Assembly (NCBI GenBank): GCA_965218585.1
Contig: CBDCLE010000020.1
Span: forward strand, 1 to 64,000
DNA: 64,000 nucleotides
Direction of reading: 5' to 3'
DNA from: Terriglobia bacterium
GTDB lineage: Bacteria; Acidobacteriota; Terriglobia; 20CM-2-55-15
In this document: positions 9,648-19,524 of the stretch, one piece after another
Numbering within the stretch: position 1 is the stretch's first letter
How the letters are laid out: each line of letters begins with the position of its first letter
Made by a program: the position numbers and the translations under genes
Notes under the pieces: generated by a model
Databases searched by the model: none
What the model was told of the DNA's origin: nothing
Seen by the model: only the letters and a program-made list of their open reading frames with translations

Positions 9648-11012
9648 GAGGTCATTACAAAAGGTGTGTAAAAGTCATCAGGCGGCGGCCTTCGATTTCA
9701 TCACGACTCTGATGCCGTCAGCGAATTGCTGACCATCATAGACCTCTTGTAAGAGTTCGGATCCTTTTAAGTGTCGCCAAGCCTTCTCAGCGACACGTAG
9801 TAGCTTCCAGATCATTGCCGTTGCATTCTCGACACGCTTGAATCGGCGAGCGGCGTTGGTGCGGAGGCGAACCATGTCGAAGGGCGATTCGACGATGTTG
9901 GTTGTTCTCAGATGCACCCAGTGTTGTTTCGGGAACTCATAGAAAGTAATCATCCGGTCCCAGTCCCGCAACAGCGTCTCACCCGCTTTGGGATAGTTCT
10001 TCTCATATCGGCGGACGAACTGATCCCGCTTTCGTTCGCAGGCCGCGCGGGAGTTCGCGAAGGCCATCCCATGAAGCAGCTGTCTGGCCGCGGGCTGCTC
10101 GGTCTTCGGCAGATGATCGACCACGTTGATCGACTTGTGGTTCCAGCAGCGTTGTTCCTGGCCCTGGGGCTGTTGCTCGGCCAGCGCGGACCAGATGCCC
10201 AGGTGACCGTCCGCGACAGTCAGCCGTCCCAGCTTCAGGCCCCGTCTCTGGAGATTGCGCAGAATGCGGCTCCAGGACTCCTTGCTTTCCCGCTGCCCGC
10301 TCTCACAGGCCAACACCACTTTGCGCCCGTCTGACAAGGCTCCGATGATCACCAGCAATGCCGCTCGCTCTTTCGCGATCCCCGCTTTCACGTACAAGCC
10401 GTCTGCCCACTGGTACACGACCTCGAGGCCGGACAGGTCCTGCTGGACCCACTCGTCATACTCCAACTGCCAGGTCGATTTCAGTCGTTGGATCGATGCT
10501 CGCGACAACGGAGCGCCAGCGCCAAGCAGTCCGCGCATGGCCTGCTCGAAGTCCCCTGTGGCCAGACCGTGGAGGTAGAGATCGGGAAGTAGCTCGCCCA
10601 GCTGTTTCGATTTCCGTCGAAAATACGGCAGGATCTGACTCTCGAACCGCTCGGCGGTGTTTCGAACCCGAGGTCGTCGAACCTCCATCGTACCGTTCAT
10701 CATTGCGAAGCGTCGCGGCTTCCCGTGACCGTTCCGGTATCCTCGTCGATTCGGACTCCGCTCCGACTTTTCCCGACCCAGAAATTGAGTGACTTCGTCC
10801 TCGAGCAGCTCCTGTAGCCAGACTTGGACCCGGGATCGCGCCCAGTCCTCCAAACCTTCATACGCGTTCGTTGACGCCACTGATGCCGGTATGTTCTTCT
10901 TCTTCATGGGTGGTGTACCTTTCTCCCGGTTGCTGCCGGGATTGCTTAGGGTTTCGGATTCACCGAAAGCGTACACCGCCTTCTCTTTTTACACACCGAT
11001 TGGAACGACCTC
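9648..11012 (-). mobile_element. IS256-family insertion sequence (1365 bp)
   Basis: IRs GAGGTCATTACAAAAGGTGTGTAAAA / TTTTACACACCGATTGGAACGACCTC. 8-bp target duplication CCGAATCC at 9640-9647 and 11013-11020. Confidence 0.95.
9678..10907 (-). CDS. IS256 (mutator-type) transposase
   Basis: YRNG, RRPRVR, WADGLY, ADGHLG, QRCWNHK, LRTTNIVES. Confidence 0.95.
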   Translation of the reverse strand: MKKKNIPASVASTNAYEGLEDWARSRVQVWLQELLEDEVTQFLGREKSERSPNRRGYRNGHGKPRRFAMMNGTMEVRRPRVRNTAERFESQILPYFRRKSKQLGELLPDLYLHGLATGDFEQAMRGLLGAGAPLSRASIQRLKSTWQLEYDEWVQQDLSGLEVVYQWADGLYVKAGIAKERAALLVIIGALSDGRKVVLACESGQRESKESWSRILRNLQRRGLKLGRLTVADGHLGIWSALAEQQPQGQEQRCWNHKSINVVDHLPKTEQPAARQLLHGMAFANSRAACERKRDQFVRRYEKNYPKAGETLLRDWDRMITFYEFPKQHWVHLRTTNIVESPFDMVRLRTNAARRFKRVENATAMIWKLLRVAEKAWRHLKGSELLQEVYDGQQFADGIRVVMKSKAAA

Positions 11013-11438
11013 CCGAATCCGTCCGCTCCGGCTTACGATGATGCGTTTTTGTTCGCCGACGGTATTGCTGACGATGATTGAGGCCATCGGGCCGACATTG
11101 CCGAGGGGATGGAACTCGGGGCGGTTGTTCGCGCTGACCAAATAACCGGAACGCATTTCCCGAAGACTTATCGGGACCCACACCGGTGTCTCACACTCGA
11201 TCCGATACTCCGTACCGGATGTGACACGGAGTCGGCAGTCTTCGTTACGCATGATGGCCAGAATGCGTGCGCGGTGTAGTTCAGAGCGGACTTCATAGGC
11301 AGCCGCTTCCAATCCGTAAGATTGCTGTGCACGGTTGATCGATGGGATGGCCATCATCGCAAGGATTCCGATGACGGCGACACCAAGGCACACTTCGAAA
11401 AGCGTGATGCCCGTTTGGCGGGCGGGGCTGGGAGGCAT
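10989..11438 (-). CDS. GspH/FimT-like pseudopilin (C-terminus altered by IS256)
   Basis: Prepilin cleavage/methylation motif G|ITLFE plus hydrophobic helix; ELHRARILAI; FHPLG; IIVSRSGRIR. Confidence 0.85.
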   Translation of the reverse strand: MPPSPARQTGITLFEVCLGVAVIGILAMMAIPSINRAQQSYGLEAAAYEVRSELHRARILAIMRNEDCRLRVTSGTEYRIECETPVWVPISLREMRSGYLVSANNRPEFHPLGNVGPMASIIVSNTVGEQKRIIVSRSGRIREVVPIGV

Positions 11439-11677
11439 GGGCCCTTCCTTTGAGGAAGGGAAAAGGCAGCTTTTATGTTACATCGAGGGACGATTTTTCG
11501 CTGGGTTAAATTTATGGCCCGTTTTGTCTGTCAAACGGTGTGGGTTTGTGCGCTCATACAGCGCACCTACAGTCGCACCTGGGGGATGGATTTGCTACAC
11601 TGGAGACCTCTTTTTTCCGGGCTTTGCGCCAGCGCTCGGAGCTCACTCCATGATCATCCGATCGCTTTCCCGTTACG

Positions 11678-14080
11678 GTGAGGTTTGTGTTGAGGAACTT
11701 CAAACATTCCTTCAAGGTTGTGACCGTCAGCCTGATGGCGGCTGCGGTGATCGTACTCTTGTCCTGGCAGGCATTTTTCAACCAGGTCAACGACATCGCT
11801 TACGATTTCACCCTTCGCCTGGCTGGACCCGTGGAACCTGCCAGTTCAGTCCAGATCGTCGCAATTGATGAAGAAAGCCTCGACCGCGTGGGCGGGTGGC
11901 CGTGGTCTCGCCAGAACCTGGCCGAACTGATTACGCAGGTTTCCTTCACAGAACCGAGTGCGATTGGCATTGATTTTCTTTTGGACGATCCTCGGGGTTC
12001 CGAATCTGACCAGGCGCTTGCCCACGCCATCGAGCAGGCGGGGAACATAGTCCTGGCCACACGGGTGGACGATACCGGCGGTCAGGCGCTCTGGCGCATG
12101 CCATTGGAGACGTTTGAATCGGGTTCCGCCGCGGTGGGGCACGTGCATGCGGATCCTGATCTGGATGGCGTCATCCGCCGTGTCGTCACGGCCAAGGAAG
12201 CGGAGGGAGACGTTGTTCGCGCACTCTCGGTCGAACTCCTGCGTTCAGCGGGTGAACTGCCCTCAGATTTCGAAGAGGAGATGGGTGGAAGCGTTCGAAT
12301 CGTACCGGAGTCCCTTTTGCTTCGCTTTGCGGGAGATCGCGGCACGTTTCCTCAGGTTCCGGCCTGGCAGGTCCTCGAAGGCCTGGTGGCACCGGCGACG
12401 TTCGCGGATCGGATCGTCCTGGTCGGAATCACGGCCGAGGGACTTGGTGATGACTGGATGACTCCGTTCTCGGCGGCTGGACGCCGCATGAGCGGCATCG
12501 AAATCCATGCGAACGCCCTGGATTCGATTTACGCTCAGCGGAGTGTCCGCCCCGTGTCGGGTGTGATTGTCTGGCTGGGTTTGGCCGTCCTGATCGGCAT
12601 GCTCTATTGGACAGATCAGCGCTTTGAAGGCAAGCGATTCTATCTGGCATCGGTCCTGACGATCCCCGCTTTGGTGGCTCTCTCCGGCGCGTTGATGGGG
12701 GCCTTCGACATCTGGTTGCCCTTTCCTACGTTTCTGGCAGCGACTGTGTTAGTCGTTCCAGGACTCGAAGTGCGCAAACTTGTTCGGGTCAATCGCGATC
12801 TGGACCAGAAGATTTCAACTCTGTCGGTATGGGCGGCCGAAAGTCCCGACTCGAAGAAAGAGAATGCGGGTCCGGAAGAGAAGGCGGGTCCGGATGAATG
12901 GCTGGATCAGCTGGCGGACCCTGAAGTTCGGAAACAGTGGGCCCGTGTGATCGACTCTTACGAGCAGAGTCGTTCCCAAAGACAGACACGCCGCAGGGGC
13001 CTTCTCACGGCACGCCGGCATAACGCGCCCTGGAAGCTTGATGCCGTCGATTTCTTCAACGAGGAGCTATATCGGTTCGTCAGCTTTAACAAGGCTGTCC
13101 TGGCGAGCATCGAGGACGTGATCCTTGTCAGCGATCCTGCCGGCCGGGTTGTGTACCAGAACCCGGCGGCCGAACGGATGAGTGGCTATCTGGCGGATGC
13201 GCCACCGGCGTGGGAGTATCTTTCAGGTTTGCTCGACGGCAAGCCGATGCTGGATGAGTTTGCCGGTGTATTTTCTTCCGAAGATCCCGGCCGTCTTGAA
13301 GGCCTATCCTCGCAGAACGGAGCGCGTTTTTACACGGTGACGCTTGCGCCGATAGCAGGTATTGGCGTCGTCGCCACTCTCCACGATGTGACTGCCCAGA
13401 GGGAACTCGATCAGGCCAAGAACGACATGGTGTCGTTGGTTTCGCATGAACTGCGCACACCGCTGACCTCGATCCGTGGTTACGGCGACATGTTGGCCAA
13501 ATACGGCCTTGTCGAAGAAAAGGGCGCGGAATTCTTGCAGTCGATGCTCAGCGAGAGCGACCGTCTCAGTGACCTGATCCAGTCCTTCCTGGATATAGCC
13601 TATATCGAGTCGGGTCGAAAGAAACTGGAGGTAACTGACTTCGAGGCGGGAAGTTTTCTGGGAGAGTTGATCGGGGGACATTCCCAGCTTGCCGAGCAGA
13701 AAGAGATCTCTCTCGAAACGGGTGAGGGAACCGGCACGGTCCACGGCGACCGGATGCTACTGTATCAGGCATTGTCCAACCTGGTATCGAACGCGATTAA
13801 GTATTCTCCCCGAGGGTCGCGTGTCCGAATAGACGCCAGGAATGGAAGCGGTCGCTTCTCGTTCCGGGTTGAAGACGCCGGTTACGGCATACCGCCTGAA
13901 GACGCGGACCGCGTCTTTGAGAAGTTTTACCGCCGGGGGGACGGGAAGACACGGGAAGAGACCGGTTTCGGGTTGGGCCTCCCGTTCGTCAGGGAAGTGG
14001 CCTCCCAGCATGGAGGCGACGTGACGCTTGAAAGCCGGCCCGGCGAGGGGTCGGTCTTCTCGCTGTGGATTCCGGCATAA
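11678..14080 (+). CDS. CHASE2-domain sensor histidine kinase (CHASE2-3TM-PAS-HisKA-HATPase)
   Basis: IVAIDEESL...WPWSR, DLDGVIRR, MSGIEIHA, three TM helices, SHELRTPL, NLVSNAIKY, GFGLGL. Confidence 0.93.
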   Translation: MRFVLRNFKHSFKVVTVSLMAAAVIVLLSWQAFFNQVNDIAYDFTLRLAGPVEPASSVQIVAIDEESLDRVGGWPWSRQNLAELITQVSFTEPSAIGIDFLLDDPRGSESDQALAHAIEQAGNIVLATRVDDTGGQALWRMPLETFESGSAAVGHVHADPDLDGVIRRVVTAKEAEGDVVRALSVELLRSAGELPSDFEEEMGGSVRIVPESLLLRFAGDRGTFPQVPAWQVLEGLVAPATFADRIVLVGITAEGLGDDWMTPFSAAGRRMSGIEIHANALDSIYAQRSVRPVSGVIVWLGLAVLIGMLYWTDQRFEGKRFYLASVLTIPALVALSGALMGAFDIWLPFPTFLAATVLVVPGLEVRKLVRVNRDLDQKISTLSVWAAESPDSKKENAGPEEKAGPDEWLDQLADPEVRKQWARVIDSYEQSRSQRQTRRRGLLTARRHNAPWKLDAVDFFNEELYRFVSFNKAVLASIEDVILVSDPAGRVVYQNPAAERMSGYLADAPPAWEYLSGLLDGKPMLDEFAGVFSSEDPGRLEGLSSQNGARFYTVTLAPIAGIGVVATLHDVTAQRELDQAKNDMVSLVSHELRTPLTSIRGYGDMLAKYGLVEEKGAEFLQSMLSESDRLSDLIQSFLDIAYIESGRKKLEVTDFEAGSFLGELIGGHSQLAEQKEISLETGEGTGTVHGDRMLLYQALSNLVSNAIKYSPRGSRVRIDARNGSGRFSFRVEDAGYGIPPEDADRVFEKFYRRGDGKTREETGFGLGLPFVREVASQHGGDVTLESRPGEGSVFSLWIPA

Positions 14081-14134
14081 GGCGGGTTCGGCGCCTAAGA
14101 TTACTGATAACATAAATGTATTATTAAGAGCAGT

Positions 14135-15499
14135 ATGCAGACTGAATCACAAGTAAAACCTAAGATTCTCGTTGTAGATGACGACCGCTCGATCTGCAAG
14201 ATGATCGGCTCACTCCTCGACATGGAGGGTTACGAGCATAAAGTCGTCGGCCGGGGAGAGGATGCCCTGGAGGTCCTGCGGGCCGAGCCGATCGATATTG
14301 TGATCAGCGACATCTACATGGGTGACGTTTCAGGCCTGGATGTGCTGGAGGCTGCGCGTGAAACCTCGCCCGACGCTGAAGTCGTCATCATGACGGCCCA
14401 CGGTTCGGTCGAGACCGCGGTTCGTGCGGTTCGGAGCGGTGCATTCGACTACATCAGCAAGCCGTTCGCCGTTGAAGACATCCTGGGTGTTATCCATCGC
14501 ATCGAAGAAAAAGAGAATCTGATTCGGACCTTGGGCACGGTGTCCGAAATGGGAGGGGATTTCCCCGATACCGGCATCATTGGGACGAGTCGGAAGATGG
14601 TGGCTATTTACAAGAAGCTGGCCCGTATAGCGGCAATCGATGCTCCCGTCCTGATTTACGGCGAGACAGGTGCGGGCAAGGAACTCATTGCCAACGCCAT
14701 TCACGGCAATAGCGACCGCGGAAGGGCACCCTTCGTCGTGATCAATTGCGGTGCGTTGACGGAAACCCTCCTGGAAAGTGAGCTGTTCGGGCACGAGCGG
14801 GGGGCGTTCACCGGCGCCGTGGGTTCCCGCAAGGGTTTGATTGAGAGTGCGGCGGGCGGCACCGTGTTCCTGGATGAGATTTCGGAAACGTCGCTGGCCT
14901 TCCAGGTCAAACTGTTGCGCGTTATCCAGGAACGCGAGATCCGGAGGGTCGGATCCAATCAAACCATAGGAGTCAACATTCGAACGCTGGCGGCGACGAA
15001 CCGCGATCTGCGGGACATGATGAGGGAGGGGCAGTTCCGGGAGGATCTTTTCCACCGTCTCAATGTGTTTACGGTCTCGATTCCACCACTGCGCGAGCGT
15101 TCCGAAGATATTCCCGTCCTTGCGTCGTACTACCTGAAGCAGTATTCCGAGCAATATGGGTCTTCGGCCAGTCTTTTGCCCGAAGCGGTGGAGCTCATGT
15201 GCCGCTACCAGTGGCCCGGGAACGTTCGGGAACTGAAGAACGTGATCGAGCGGGCATTGACGTTTTCCGACACCGGCATCATCGGACCGGGGGACCTGGA
15301 GCTGGGCGATTCCCAGGCTGAAACCGAGGAGGCCAATACGGGCTCGCTGCAGGCCATGGAGCGCGAACATATTGTGCGAATTCTCAAGGAAACCGGTGGA
15401 AACAAGAAGAAGGCGGCTGCAATTCTTGGGATTGAGCGCCGAACCCTTTACAACAAGGCGAAGCGCTTAAACATTGATTTGAGAGGGACACCGGAGTAA
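14135..15499 (+). CDS. Sigma-54-dependent NtrC/AtoC-family response regulator
   Basis: REC domain, GETGAGKE, GAFTGA, WPGNVREL, Fis-type HTH. Confidence 0.96.
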   Translation: MQTESQVKPKILVVDDDRSICKMIGSLLDMEGYEHKVVGRGEDALEVLRAEPIDIVISDIYMGDVSGLDVLEAARETSPDAEVVIMTAHGSVETAVRAVRSGAFDYISKPFAVEDILGVIHRIEEKENLIRTLGTVSEMGGDFPDTGIIGTSRKMVAIYKKLARIAAIDAPVLIYGETGAGKELIANAIHGNSDRGRAPFVVINCGALTETLLESELFGHERGAFTGAVGSRKGLIESAAGGTVFLDEISETSLAFQVKLLRVIQEREIRRVGSNQTIGVNIRTLAATNRDLRDMMREGQFREDLFHRLNVFTVSIPPLRERSEDIPVLASYYLKQYSEQYGSSASLLPEAVELMCRYQWPGNVRELKNVIERALTFSDTGIIGPGDLELGDSQAETEEANTGSLQAMEREHIVRILKETGGNKKKAAAILGIERRTLYNKAKRLNIDLRGTPE

Positions 15500-15566
15500 C
15501 ATCCGCTGGGTGGGGGTCGTGCGCCTGGAAATGGAGGTGTACTGCCTTTTATCCACATAGAGATAC

Positions 15567-16187
15567 GTGAAAGATATGGCAATGGAAAGATGGATTCTGG
15601 TAGGGACGCTCAGCTTCGTGCTGAACCTGGGGCTGGTCGCCCCGGGCCTGGCCCAAGCCGGGGAGATAGGGGCCGACCCTGCGTCGCCCGGGATTCGTCT
15701 TCTGAATGTTGCCGATCAACTCAATGACGACGTCCAGGCGGACCCCGGTTTAGCGGCGCTTTACGCCTCGATGCTGGGAGCCGAATACGGAACGTCTCAG
15801 AGTGAAATCGTTTGGGCCCTCGATCAGGATATTTCCTGGGGACAGATTGCGATGATGTCCTACGTGCAGGCGACGACAGGCCGTTCCTTTGAGAAATTGG
15901 TCTGGGCCGGCGCACACACTGATGTAACGGAATACGCGACCCAGGTCGAGATGAGTCACGACAAGATGACTCAATCCCTGGAGCGGTTTGCTTCGCGCGC
16001 GATCGAGGAGCGTAACTCACGGATCTTCGATCGATTGCGGTCAACCCGTCGCGTCGATACTCTACCGGACCTTGGAGCAGGTTTCGGTTTGTTCCAGGAG
16101 GCGCTTGATCTGCGTGAACTGGGACCGCCGGGGCCTATCAAAGTACATACTGGATCTGGTTTTGCAAAGGGTGGTACGGAGAACTAA
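15567..16187 (+). CDS. Secreted hypothetical protein
   Basis: Signal peptide (APGLAQA). Stop overlaps the start of the FecR gene (TAATG). Confidence 0.75.
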   Translation: MKDMAMERWILVGTLSFVLNLGLVAPGLAQAGEIGADPASPGIRLLNVADQLNDDVQADPGLAALYASMLGAEYGTSQSEIVWALDQDISWGQIAMMSYVQATTGRSFEKLVWAGAHTDVTEYATQVEMSHDKMTQSLERFASRAIEERNSRIFDRLRSTRRVDTLPDLGAGFGLFQEALDLRELGPPGPIKVHTGSGFAKGGTEN

Positions 16188-16951
16188 TGAAGAAAAGCAT
16201 GCTGTTGGTTGTGTTGCTGCTGGTACCGACGCTGACTATGGCGCAGGGGGTCAAGGTGACCTCCATGTATCCGCCGGCAGAAGTGCGTTCGGCCTCCGGA
16301 GCCGAGTTCGTCACGATCGATTCGGGCCTGCCTACGTTGGACATCGGCGACGAGATCCGAACGGGTCCGGGCGGGTCGATGACCCTGGAATTACCGGATG
16401 GCTCCTATGTGGTTGTCTCGGAGAACACGACGTTGAAGATAGAGAAGTTCTGGGGTTCCGAGGTCCGGAACCTGATGAACGTTGTAGTGGGCAAGGTCCG
16501 CTTTTTCATCCAGCGGTGGGGAGGAAGACCCAATCCTTATCGGGTGAATACACCGACCGCCCTGATTGCCGTTCGCGGAACGACATTTGAGGTCAGCGTT
16601 GATGGTTCGACCGCGACTGAGGTGTACTGTTTTGATGGCCGAGTGACGGTGGAGACAGCGGGACTGTCCGACCGCGAGGTCATTCTCGATGCCGGCCGAA
16701 AGACTCTGGTCCGAGCCGGGCAGTATCCGTTGACGCCAGTTGAAATAGACCGAGACTTCGGGGCAACGCGCGTGTTGGAGGTCGTCAGGAAGAATGAAGA
16801 AGTTCGACCGGAAATGCGTTCTGTGCCTGGAGTCAACGGGGTTCTGGTCGACAACGACCGGAGGAACGTGGGGCCGCTCTCGAATCCAGATTTGAATCGC
16901 GCCGTCACGACACCGGAAATACGGCGGGGTAAACTCAGCTTTCCGCGCTAG
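16187..16951 (+). CDS. FecR-domain secreted protein
   Basis: GDEIRTG, LELPDGS, VNTPTALIAVRGTTFEV, DGRVTV. Confidence 0.88.
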   Translation: MKKSMLLVVLLLVPTLTMAQGVKVTSMYPPAEVRSASGAEFVTIDSGLPTLDIGDEIRTGPGGSMTLELPDGSYVVVSENTTLKIEKFWGSEVRNLMNVVVGKVRFFIQRWGGRPNPYRVNTPTALIAVRGTTFEVSVDGSTATEVYCFDGRVTVETAGLSDREVILDAGRKTLVRAGQYPLTPVEIDRDFGATRVLEVVRKNEEVRPEMRSVPGVNGVLVDNDRRNVGPLSNPDLNRAVTTPEIRRGKLSFPR

Positions 16952-16982
16952 ACGACGACCACATCAGTGAGAATCGTATTTG

Positions 16983-17008
16983 AAAGGGCGCCGTTCGGGC
17001 GCCCTTTT
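16983..17008 (+). terminator. Intrinsic (possibly bidirectional) terminator
   Basis: AAAGGGCGCC-GTTCG-GGCGCCCTTTT. Confidence 0.8.
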
Positions 17009-17013
17009 CCATT

Positions 17014-17919
17014 GTGTCTGTTCATTTCACCCCATCCCAGAGTCCTCGAATCGGGAACCTTGTCCCAGGTCTGAAGCACCACCTGGACCGCTTTCTCGAC
17101 GATTTTCCAAAGCAGTATCACGTAGACCGGGACCCGGTTCAGTTCGTCCGCAGATACGATGATCCGGCGGATCGGGAGATCGCTGGTTTCATAGCCTCGG
17201 CCTTTGCGTACGGCAACGTCAAGGCTGTTCTCGCCACAGTTTCCCGGATCTTTTCGGCAATGGGCACGCGGCCGTCCGAGTTCGTGTCGGATTTCGATCC
17301 GCGTCGAGACGGACACGTGTTCGATGGGTTTGGGCATCGTTGGAACAACCAGAACGATCTTTCGGTTCTTCTATGGATTCTCAGGCGCCTTCTTGAAGAG
17401 CATGGATCGCTCGAAGCAGCCTTTACAGAGGGCCTGTCCGATGGCGAGCCAACCGTTCGACGAATCCTGGATAGTTTTTCGTCAAAGGCCCTGGACTCCG
17501 GCTACGAGCGGTTCTACTCGAAGCGAGACTTGGCCGAGCGCCGTGGCGCGAGGTATTTCTTTCCGAAACCATCGGGGGGAAGTGCGTGCAAAAGGCTCAA
17601 TCTCTTCCTGCGCTGGATGGTTCGTTCTGACGATGGCGTCGATTGTGGGGTCTGGACCCGGGTTGTTCCAAACCAACTCGTCATACCAGTGGATACCCAC
17701 ATCGCCCGGATCTCAGGATACATTGGTCTCTCAACGATTCGGAGCCCGGGATGGAGAATGGCCGAGCAAATCACCGACAGCCTCCGGCGCCTGGACCGAA
17801 CTGACCCGCTTCGCTACGAATTTGCCCTGTGCCACCTTGGAATCGCAGGGGATTGCCCGAGGAAAAGAGACCGGCTCAAGTGCGTTCGATGCCCGATCGA
17901 ACCGGTCTGTCGTCTCTGA
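17014..17919 (+). CDS. TIGR02757/DUF2400 family protein (HhH-GPD-like)
   Basis: DPVQF, FAYGN, SACKRLNLFLRWMVR, PVDTH, DPLRYEFAL, C-terminal Cys cluster. Confidence 0.88.
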   Translation: MSVHFTPSQSPRIGNLVPGLKHHLDRFLDDFPKQYHVDRDPVQFVRRYDDPADREIAGFIASAFAYGNVKAVLATVSRIFSAMGTRPSEFVSDFDPRRDGHVFDGFGHRWNNQNDLSVLLWILRRLLEEHGSLEAAFTEGLSDGEPTVRRILDSFSSKALDSGYERFYSKRDLAERRGARYFFPKPSGGSACKRLNLFLRWMVRSDDGVDCGVWTRVVPNQLVIPVDTHIARISGYIGLSTIRSPGWRMAEQITDSLRRLDRTDPLRYEFALCHLGIAGDCPRKRDRLKCVRCPIEPVCRL

Positions 17920-18099
17920 AACATGCGTAGGGAGGTGTCTTGGAATCCTCTTTTCGAGCGGAAAATTGACCGGAATGCGTTCATCTGAAAAAAGTCCTGA
18001 GACCTAGGCATTTTTCTCTTGCAATAAAGACGTCTAGAGATAAGAATCCTAACGTCACGCAACGAATCTGCCAAACGACCCAAGGAAGGGAGACGTTTT

Positions 18100-19506
18100 A
18101 TGGCCCAGGAAGGTGCCACCCTAGCAGTTGATACGTCCAGCCTAGTCAGCAGCCTTTTCGCTTTACTTCCAGTACCTGTAGCCGTCATCGACGCGCACGG
18201 CGATATTGTTCTGGCGAACTCGACGTTCAACGATTTCTTTCCGAATACCACCAGCGTTAACCAGATTGCCCACCACGCGGTTCCCCTCAACGGATCGGTC
18301 TTCGATTTCGAGAAGGTTCCGCTCTCGGACCAGGGGTTGTTCATCTTCATCGGTCGAGATACGACTAATGAGGAACAATTGCGCCAGCAGCTCGTCCAGA
18401 TGGAAAAGATGAGAGCCATTGGCCGTTTGGTTTCCGGTGTGGCTCACGAGCTGAACAATCCGCTCGTAGGCATCGTTGGGTATGCTCAACTGTTGTCTCG
18501 CGCCGAACTGGATCCGTCGACGAGCCGGATGGTCGACGTTCTCCGAAATCAGGCGGAACGGGCTGGCCGTATTGTCCAGAACTTCCTGAATCTTGCGACC
18601 AAGACCCAACCGGAAAAGAAAAGCTTCGAGTTGAACAGAATCGTCGAAAACGTTCTCGCTCTTCGAGAATATGATCACAAGGTTCACGATATCGTTGCGA
18701 TTCCTGAATTGGAAGATGAGTTGCCGCGCGTGTCTGGGGATCCCGGGCAAATCGAGCAGGTGATCCTCAACCTTGTCGTCAATGCCGAAGATGCCTTTGC
18801 AGCGATCCAGGGACGGACAGGTGAGATTCAGATTCGTACAACCGTCCTCAACAACCGGGTGCGACTGGAAGTCACCGACAACGGAGGCGGTATTCGAACT
18901 CAGGATATGGATCGAATCTTCGATCCATTCTTTACGACGAAGGCAAACGTCAAGAGCAACGGCGGAACCGGCCTCGGTCTGAATATCTGTGCCGAGATCG
19001 TGAAGGACCACGGAGGTGAACTTTACGCCTGGAGCACCCATGGGACCGGATCTACCTTCACCATGGAACTCCCGGTCCAGACTCACATCGATGATTTCGA
19101 GCCGACGACGAGCGAACCCAGCACCGGCGAAGCGCTTCGTGGCAAGTCCATCATGGTGATCGATGATGAGGTGACGATCACAGACCTGATCGAAGATTAT
19201 CTCGAAAGGTTTGGTGCCGAAGTCGAGTTCTTTAATTCAGGCACAGAGGCGTTTGAACGCCTGTGTTCATCGAGCTCATACGATGCGGTTGTGTGCGACC
19301 AGAGGATGCCTGGCGTAAATGGGCAGAGCCTGTATCGAATGGTCGAATCGGTCAACCCTGATCTTGCGAGCCGTTTTATTTTCGTCACAGGAGATGTGTT
19401 GAACGACCGAACGCGCCGGTTCTTTGAACAGACCGGTACCGCTTATCTCAGAAAACCGTTCCGGTTGGAAGATCTGTTAACGGCCGTTGAAAAGGTGGTG
19501 TACTAG
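18100..19506 (+). CDS. Cytoplasmic hybrid histidine kinase (PAS-HisKA-HATPase-REC)
   Basis: SGVAHELNNPL, NLVVNA, FDPFFTTK, GTGLGL, C-terminal receiver (IDDE, DQRMP, KPF). Confidence 0.93.
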   Translation: MAQEGATLAVDTSSLVSSLFALLPVPVAVIDAHGDIVLANSTFNDFFPNTTSVNQIAHHAVPLNGSVFDFEKVPLSDQGLFIFIGRDTTNEEQLRQQLVQMEKMRAIGRLVSGVAHELNNPLVGIVGYAQLLSRAELDPSTSRMVDVLRNQAERAGRIVQNFLNLATKTQPEKKSFELNRIVENVLALREYDHKVHDIVAIPELEDELPRVSGDPGQIEQVILNLVVNAEDAFAAIQGRTGEIQIRTTVLNNRVRLEVTDNGGGIRTQDMDRIFDPFFTTKANVKSNGGTGLGLNICAEIVKDHGGELYAWSTHGTGSTFTMELPVQTHIDDFEPTTSEPSTGEALRGKSIMVIDDEVTITDLIEDYLERFGAEVEFFNSGTEAFERLCSSSSYDAVVCDQRMPGVNGQSLYRMVESVNPDLASRFIFVTGDVLNDRTRRFFEQTGTAYLRKPFRLEDLLTAVEKVVY

Positions 19507-19524
19507 CAGACCGCCGTTCGCTTC

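Noticed and set aside
11439-11677. Sigma-54 (-24/-12) promoter for the pseudopilin or kinase
   Set aside because: I found no convincing TGGCAC-N5-TTGC match by eye on either strand.
12860-12895. 18-bp in-frame tandem duplication (ENAGPE/EKAGPD) in the CHASE2 kinase
   Set aside because: Two copies in a linker region, most likely neutral slippage.
14330-15370. Long antisense/overlapping ORFs (e.g. 14330-15370, 18163-19086, 27307-28206, 54550-55437, 7635-8453)
   Set aside because: They are shadow ORFs opposite well-supported genes in GC-rich DNA and have no recognisable motifs.
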